Below are positions 26,544 through 32,000 of a stretch of DNA of 32,000 bases, one piece after another. The notes beneath the pieces were generated by a model, which ran no database searches, was not told the origin of the DNA, and was given only the letters and a program-made list of their open reading frames with translations. The DNA is from Candidatus Heimdallarchaeota archaeon (GTDB taxonomy: Archaea > Asgardarchaeota > Heimdallarchaeia > JABLTI01), in NCBI GenBank assembly GCA_030614005.1, contig JAUWKS010000013.1:31466-63465 (forward strand). Direction: 5' to 3'. Numbering within the stretch: position 1 is the stretch's first letter; each line of letters begins with the position of its first letter. The position numbers and the translations under genes were made by a program.

Positions 26544-27782
26544 ATGTCAATGAAAGCAGATTTCATAAAAGAATTAGAAATTTCTACATTCTCAAAACCA
26601 ATTCTAAAAGAAATGGGCGTAAAAGCAATCTTCTTAGTCACTTTTGACATTATCCTAGGACCAATAGCCTATGTCAATAAACTCTCTACAGAAAAAAGTG
26701 AGTATCTCGAATTTTTGCAACAGAATATAGCGCACCTAGGAGAATTTTACACTGGAATATCACATGCACAAATCGATAAAGTAACAACAAGAACCGGAGA
26801 AGAAATGCTTGTAGGACGAGCAACAAGAAAAGTAAATGAAATGGAACTAATAGATATCGCCGTAGCTTTAGTGGACTCAACAGAATATCATAATGAAATT
26901 GTTAAGATGCTAAAATTCGTTGTGAGAACGTCATATGGCAATCCAAAAAACTTTTGTGATTTATTAGACAGAGTGTTGCTGGAATATCAAGACCTCGGAA
27001 AGAAAAAAGCAGAGGCAGGAAAATTCGCCGTATTCAAAGATGCTTCAAAGGAAAAAGTGGCGAATATAGCAAAGCTATATCACAATTGGAAAGGAGTACT
27101 ATTCATAGATTTTGAAGGAGATAACATAAACAGCTCATTTATGCCGGATTGGATTGAAGCGAGTAAAATAAATTCGCAGGAATTAGCTCAGAAAACGAGA
27201 AATATGTACGCAGAAGGAGTTATCATTCCAAGATCTAAACAAATATTTTCGATGGTAAGCATAAAAGGCAAACAAGTAATCGTTGTATCAACAAATAATT
27301 CACGCTATGTAACAATCATTTTCCCGACAGCAGATGGAATGACAAAAATATCAACAATAGCAGAAAATATGGATATTATTAACGAGGCACTGAGCGAAGT
27401 GGGAATGCAATTCAGCACAGATGCAATGAAGAATACTCTCGAGATAATCGATAAAAGAATAAGAGAAAATGATACCAGCGTCTTAATGAAAGAAGTAATT
27501 GTAGTAATGTTAAGATCCGAAGAGTTGATGCCAAAGAAAAAGATAAAACAAGAAGAATTTGAAGCATTTCAGGGAGAAATACAAAAGAAATATTTTCAAG
27601 GATTGAATAAAGCATTCGAAGAATTTGATGGCACAAAAACAATCTTAGAAATAACTCATAGAGTAAATGTTAGTTTAGAGCAAATGGGTGATTTTGTGGT
27701 GTTTTGTATGACAAGGGGAATTGTGCAGGTCTTTACTAAAAATGGCCGAACAAGAAAAACAGATGGAAAAGTTGTTATCTAA
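26544..27782 (+). CDS. Longin/uDENN-type N-terminal domain protein with C-terminal winged-helix-like domain (NPRL2-like layout)
   Basis: KAIFLVTFDIILGP fits the hhhhxF(D/H)xxxGP longin/uDENN opening motif; C-terminal FDGTKTILEI...VFCMTRGIV resembles the NPRL2 winged helix (recalled PYIDG...LLYYGVV). Confidence 0.6.
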   Translation: MSMKADFIKELEISTFSKPILKEMGVKAIFLVTFDIILGPIAYVNKLSTEKSEYLEFLQQNIAHLGEFYTGISHAQIDKVTTRTGEEMLVGRATRKVNEMELIDIAVALVDSTEYHNEIVKMLKFVVRTSYGNPKNFCDLLDRVLLEYQDLGKKKAEAGKFAVFKDASKEKVANIAKLYHNWKGVLFIDFEGDNINSSFMPDWIEASKINSQELAQKTRNMYAEGVIIPRSKQIFSMVSIKGKQVIVVSTNNSRYVTIIFPTADGMTKISTIAENMDIINEALSEVGMQFSTDAMKNTLEIIDKRIRENDTSVLMKEVIVVMLRSEELMPKKKIKQEEFEAFQGEIQKKYFQGLNKAFEEFDGTKTILEITHRVNVSLEQMGDFVVFCMTRGIVQVFTKNGRTRKTDGKVVI

Positions 27783-28080
27783 GTAGGGAAAAGAGCCCGA
27801 AAAAAGTATCGTTACCATTCTATTCACTCATATTTAAATAAAAACGATTTTTTATTACTAAATATAATTTTAGAAATAATCGCAAGTTATTAAAAACCGT
27901 TAACTCAAATATTAAGTGGAAATGGAGTACCACTATTTGTTATTAGGAGAAAAATGCAGTTGCAATAGAGGCTTCTTTTTCTAGAAACGAAGAGTAATTG
28001 AGGAGCTTTGTAAAAAAATACTAGCTGAAAAAACTCAAGAAAAGGGAAAGTAAAATAACCGATTTAAAGAAGGGGAAAAT

Positions 28081-28899
28081 ATGTATCAAGATGATTTGGG
28101 AAATTTCCATAGAACAGATGCAGAAGAAAATGTTTTGTGGGGGATGAGACTATTAAAAATAGGATTCATTCTCTTAATAATATGTTTTACAGCATATTTC
28201 ATAGAATCAATAATAGAATTGTATACAGGACTAGGTCATTATACAATAGATCCGACATACTCCTTTAACAAAATAAAAGCATATTATATAATGATAATGT
28301 TTTTGGCAATATTCACAACTACTTTTACAGGATCAATTTATGTGCTTGGAATGGGAACTGTATTTTTGAGTAGGATCTTACCAGAACCTGTGAAAAAGAG
28401 CCTGAAGATAACGGGGATACTATATCTAATACTAATACCTCTGAACTTGCTAAAAATAATAATTATATATAGTATTTATGCAAATTCCTCATTAGTTACA
28501 GATATCTCAAGAATAAGTAGAATAATAACCAATATAGTTTATTCAGTAAAAGTACTAGAATTTCTAATGCTGATAGTAATAGCTATGCTACTAGCAAAAG
28601 AACTGAAACAAATGAATGAAATGCAAAGAGGAAAAAATGGTACGGTAGTTTTACCGGGAATTTTAGTAGCAGCATTCATTATCTGGTTAACAGGAGGAAT
28701 AATGTTTTACGTTGTAGTAGATAAACCAGATCCATACGATGTGCTAGAACCAGTGCTAAATACTGCAATATATCTAGAAGGAATAGGTCAAATACTCTAT
28801 TGTGCAATAGCAGTTGGAGTATTCATAGCACTACTAGTAAAAGCAAACAAAATAGTGATACCTCCTTTAGCAGTAATAAACAGAAGTGGTTATTACTAA
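28081..28899 (+). CDS. Hypothetical polytopic membrane protein (~6 TM)
   Basis: 272 aa, repeated hydrophobic helices; GAAGGGG SD-like sequence upstream. Confidence 0.85.
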   Translation: MYQDDLGNFHRTDAEENVLWGMRLLKIGFILLIICFTAYFIESIIELYTGLGHYTIDPTYSFNKIKAYYIMIMFLAIFTTTFTGSIYVLGMGTVFLSRILPEPVKKSLKITGILYLILIPLNLLKIIIIYSIYANSSLVTDISRISRIITNIVYSVKVLEFLMLIVIAMLLAKELKQMNEMQRGKNGTVVLPGILVAAFIIWLTGGIMFYVVVDKPDPYDVLEPVLNTAIYLEGIGQILYCAIAVGVFIALLVKANKIVIPPLAVINRSGYY

Positions 28900-28985
28900 C
28901 TACATACCTATCTAAAATAAAGAAAAAAAAAGACAAGTAAGCAAGTGTGTGTGAGAAATTGACAGCGCAATATGTAGTTAAGAAA

Positions 28986-29246
28986 ATGGCAAAGATACAT
29001 TGTGCGAAGGGACCAAAGAACTGCAAGAAATGTAGAGAATATGCAAAAGAGAAAAGATATGCATTATTGGACACCAACCCACAAGAAAATGAAATGGCAG
29101 CAAGACCGATGATAGAGTTGGAAGTTGAGGGCGGGGAAAAAGTCTGGGTAACTTTTGATGTGATAGCTTATTTTGAGTCAATGGATGAAGTAAAAGAATA
29201 TACAACAAAAAAAGACATTGAAGTAGAACAAATAATTGAAGAATAG
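28986..29246 (+). CDS. Small hypothetical protein with putative metal-binding HC-x6-CxxC motif
   Basis: MAKIHCAKGPKNCKKC...; start uncertain (GTG 28947 or ATG 28986). Confidence 0.75.
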   Translation: MAKIHCAKGPKNCKKCREYAKEKRYALLDTNPQENEMAARPMIELEVEGGEKVWVTFDVIAYFESMDEVKEYTTKKDIEVEQIIEE

Positions 29247-29298
29247 AATTCAAAAAGTAAAGAATAAAGCTGAAGCCTAGATTGAATAAAATGATCAA

Positions 29299-30360
29299 TC
29301 AAAAATTCAAGCCAAAAAAAGATTGCTTTTCAATTTGTTGTTTAAGACTAGGTTTGATTTGTATACAAATATCCGTTACTAAAGTCATTAAATCTTCTGG
29401 AGTTTGTTTGGTAAATTTCTGGAATTGTTCACTATCAAATTTGCCATTAGAACACATTCCTAACAATTCAATACATTTAGTAATAATATTACTCATTTCC
29501 TTTTCAAATGATGCTCGAATGTCAATTTCAGTTTTTTGCTTTCGCATTTTTTTTACCAGAGCACGTAAAATTTTTGTACCATTTAAACCGGAAGCTGTTC
29601 CTTTTTCCAAAGAAATAATTGCTACATCAGCATTTTTGTAATTTATTTCAGAAGCTTGAGGAACACCAATAACATTAGCTGTTTGAGGGTCTACATATGA
29701 ACTTGTATAAGTGATTACGTTTTGAAAGGGAAACGGAGTAAGTAGATTTAGGATAGCTATTGTTTGAGATGCAGATATTAGATCACTACAAATGATGATT
29801 GGTTTGAAAGACAATAAGGCATAAATTACTACATCTAAATTAGATTTAATATGGTCAAAAAGAAAAGTGATAGAAACATCGGTAGGGGCATTCATTTTAG
29901 CGCGAAAATAAGCTAGATTTTCTTCGGAAAACCTACTCATCTCAGAGAAACGTTGATCATATATTGAAAAAACGGCATCAATAATTCCATTTAATATCTG
30001 TTCTTGCTTATGTGAGAAGATGAGACCGGTATGAACTTCTTGAATTTCTTGAATCTCAGAAATAATTTTAGATACTATTTCAGAGAGAATCTTATCTATT
30101 ATTTCCTTTTCATAAGCTACATTAATATCCTTGATTATAACAACACCAAAATTCTTACTTATTTTAATATAGATTTCATGTGTTTGAGTAGCAAAATAGT
30201 TCGCTTCACCAACATCCATAGTAGCTAAAAAAGTCTGAATGGCTGTAATAGCTCCTGAGAAAAGAGTAGCTCGTTCAATAGATTCTTTTCCTTCTGACTT
30301 TAATTTTCGGAAATAAAGAGGAAGTCCACTTTGAGAGATAATATATATGGCATCTAACAT
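29299..30360 (-). CDS. Longin + cDENN (+ helical dDENN-like) protein, DENN-type small-GTPase regulator homolog
   Basis: N-terminal longin (AIYIISQSGLPLYF...LFSGAITAIQTF); cDENN-like LFDHI..NLDVVIYALLSFKPIIICS...LLTPFPFQ...VIGV. Confidence 0.75.
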   Translation of the reverse strand: MLDAIYIISQSGLPLYFRKLKSEGKESIERATLFSGAITAIQTFLATMDVGEANYFATQTHEIYIKISKNFGVVIIKDINVAYEKEIIDKILSEIVSKIISEIQEIQEVHTGLIFSHKQEQILNGIIDAVFSIYDQRFSEMSRFSEENLAYFRAKMNAPTDVSITFLFDHIKSNLDVVIYALLSFKPIIICSDLISASQTIAILNLLTPFPFQNVITYTSSYVDPQTANVIGVPQASEINYKNADVAIISLEKGTASGLNGTKILRALVKKMRKQKTEIDIRASFEKEMSNIITKCIELLGMCSNGKFDSEQFQKFTKQTPEDLMTLVTDICIQIKPSLKQQIEKQSFFGLNF

Positions 30361-30559
30361 TCTAAAAAAATAGACTACTATCCCATTTTAAATGTTCTTT
30401 AATATACAAGAAGGGATAATGAACGTAATTTTTGTCAGCAAAAAATACCCTCGGAAATGGTGACTGAATTTGTATCTAGAAACGAAAAGGCTAGAGTAGC
30501 CGCTTAGTAAACTGTGTAAGCATAGTAGGTAGACTAACAAACTAACAGTGATTGGTAAA

Positions 30560-30871
30560 CTATTTAATTATCATTTTATAGGTCCTCAAGCTTAATAAAA
30601 CCATTATTAAAACGAAGACCGCACCAAACACATAAACAATGGGTGTGATAATTTGATTGATAATATCAATCTCTAATATGACACTAATTATTGCTGCGAT
30701 ATAACCAAGAATAAAGAAAATAATAAAAGAGATAGCTATTTTCCAGTATTTGGTTATACTTGCTCCCTCAGGGAACATTGCTATGATTTTAAGGATCAGA
30801 ACAAAAGCAAAAACGAAACTTATTATTCCAATGCCGGCTGAAACAAGAGTGAAAATATCTAGTAAATCCAT
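30560..30871 (-). CDS. Small 3-TM membrane protein resembling stand-alone membrane sensor modules
   Basis: 103 aa, three hydrophobic helices, W..AISFIIFFILGY...VFGAVFVLIMVLLSLRT pattern. Confidence 0.75.
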   Translation of the reverse strand: MDLLDIFTLVSAGIGIISFVFAFVLILKIIAMFPEGASITKYWKIAISFIIFFILGYIAAIISVILEIDIINQIITPIVYVFGAVFVLIMVLLSLRTYKMIIK

Positions 30872-30900
30872 TTGACATCAACTCTTTCTACTCAAAAATA

Positions 30901-30915
30901 GTTATAAAGTTTTTT
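30901..30915 (-). promoter_or_regulatory. Putative BRE-TATA for the 3-TM gene (probably leaderless)
   Basis: Minus strand AAAAAC-TTTATAAC about 30 nt upstream of ATG 30871. Confidence 0.5.
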
Positions 30916-31009
30916 TTACCACAATAAAGACCAGCAAAGCTGAAATTAACAGCAAAAGAGCAATAAAGAACACTCAAAAGGATGAAAGTTAACAGCAAAA
31001 GCAAAGAGA

Positions 31010-31166
31010 AAAAACTTTAATCATAGAGAGAGAATAATAAAACTGAGGAAAGGTTTTAATACTCCGACCTCAGAACAAAACAAGTCGAAAGACGAAAACT
31101 CGGGATGGGACGCAACAGAAAAAAACGCTTGCAGACCATTTGCTCATTGGAGCAAAAGTTTAAAAA
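31010..31166 (+). promoter_or_regulatory. Three tandem BRE-TATA-like elements, candidate rRNA operon promoters
   Basis: AAAAAC-TTTAATCA (31010-31023), GAAAGG-TTTTAATA (31048-31061), CAAAAG-TTTAAAAA (31153-31166). Confidence 0.45.
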
Positions 31167-31598
31167 GAAAAAACTTCACCGAAAGAGATTAGTTTCATCA
31201 TGAAACTGCTCGCACCGTATAAATGGCGACAACCCGACTTGGAGCATACCGCTCAAGAATGACAGGTTGCAAAAATCCAAGCGAGCAAACAATGAAAAAA
31301 TGAAACAAAAAATCTCAAAAAAAAACTATCAATTTATGTTTACTATGAGATCCCGAAATAAAACGGTTCGGGGTTGATGAAAACCAACTCGCGCTATTAT
31401 TATTACCCCCAATAGAATAAAGCAAAATTGCATGGTTAAAAGACATGTAAAGGTTGTACAAACTAATAATTCCTACTGTTAGAGAACGAATATTTTCTAG
31501 TGGAAAGTAAGATCTTGTTAATAGTAAACCCGTACACAAAAAAAACCCTGTTATGTTTATACCATAAATGGTCCATAACTAATCAAAAACAGGATTCA

Positions 31599-32000
31599 AC
31601 ACCGGTTGATCCTGCCGGACCTGACTGCTATTGGAGTAGGACTAAGTCACGCTAGTCAAAGGTGCGGAATGGAGCACCTGGCGTACGGCTCAGTAACACG
31701 TAGTCAACCTACCCTAAGGACGATGACAACCACGGGAAACTGTGGATAATCTTCGATAGGAAATTTGGCCTGGAACGGTATCTTTCCTAAAACCGGCTCG
31801 CCGTGAGACACGGGCCTTAGGATGGGGCTGCGGTCGATTATGCTTGATGGCGGTGTAAAGGACCACCATGGCTACGATCGGTATGGGCAATGGAAGTTGG
31901 AGCCCAGAGTCGCTAACTGAGACAAGGTAGCGAGCCTTACGAGGCTTAGCGGTCGCGAAAACTCGCCAATGCACGAAAGTGTGAGTGGGCTACTCCAAGT
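31599..32000 (+). rRNA. rrs: Archaeal 16S rRNA, 5' portion (continues beyond the window)
   Basis: CCGGTTGATCCTGCCGGA 5' signature, CGGCTCAGTAACACGT, GGGAAACT..ATAAT, CTGAGACA, h14 hairpin with TACG loop, GCAC-GAAA-GTGT; locally higher GC. The 5' end is approximate. Confidence 0.98.

Noticed and set aside
27954-27968. SD-preceded mini-ORF ATG-CAG-TTG-CAA-TAG (MQLQ) and possible amber read-through
   Set aside because: Too short to assess; read-through would end 11 codons later at TGA, and there is no pyrrolysine machinery in the window.
7177-29641. Remaining 60-155 aa ORFs overlapping real genes on the opposite strand or another frame (e.g. 9270-9560, 11686-11928, 20882-21349, 22176-22535, 23161-23451, 26441-26650, 28978-29298, 29282-29641)
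   Set aside because: They overlap well-supported genes entirely or largely and have shadow-ORF composition.
31040-31300. Possible RNase P RNA (GAGGAAAG, GCAACAGAAA, TGAAAC-like words) or SRP RNA
   Set aside because: The P4 pairing partner (ACAGAA..GGCU downstream) is missing, GAGG pairs locally with CCTC, and no SRP helix-8 motif is seen. Better explained as rRNA leader.
31315-31974. ORFs 31315-31539 and 31714-31974 on the minus strand
   Set aside because: Antisense to the rRNA leader and the 16S gene; spurious.
1-32000. CRISPR arrays, tRNAs, transposases/integrases, defence systems
   Set aside because: No regularly spaced repeats, no T-loop/cloverleaf signature and no DDE, tyrosine/serine recombinase or cas motifs found by eye. 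tRNAscan-SE and ISEScan would be needed to exclude them formally.

Overview
AT-rich archaeal chromosomal segment, almost certainly from an Asgard archaeon. The 5' end of an archaeal 16S rRNA gene and several eukaryote-signature proteins (longin, DENN, OST5/TMEM258, UFM1-like, PIG-B-like) support this; a Heimdallarchaeia-type lineage is an unverified guess. From left to right: a giant alpha-solenoid/TPR gene of at least 2121 aa that runs off the window and is absent from the ORF track; a beta-CASP nuclease; a GT22 (PIG-B-like) mannosyltransferase divergent from a membrane-anchored protein with two tandem UFM1-like domains; OST5/TMEM258; a convergent PAC2 / HD-nucleotidase / MoeB-ThiF E1 run; a homocysteine methyltransferase; a hydantoinase/oxoprolinase A+B pair; a PAS-thioredoxin-PAS kinase-like sensor lacking the phospho-His; an Fe-S aldo/keto reductase; a divergent PlsY; several orphans; two longin proteins (one NPRL2-like, one DENN); a structured leader; and the first ~400 nt of 16S rRNA. 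The best candidate for an undescribed system is the 7987-14532 cluster, which places a membrane-tethered tandem UFM1-like protein beside glycosylation genes (OST5, GT22), an E1-like enzyme and a proteasome chaperone. All family calls come from motif recognition and remembered reference sequences; no database search was run. No CRISPR array, tRNA or mobile element was seen.
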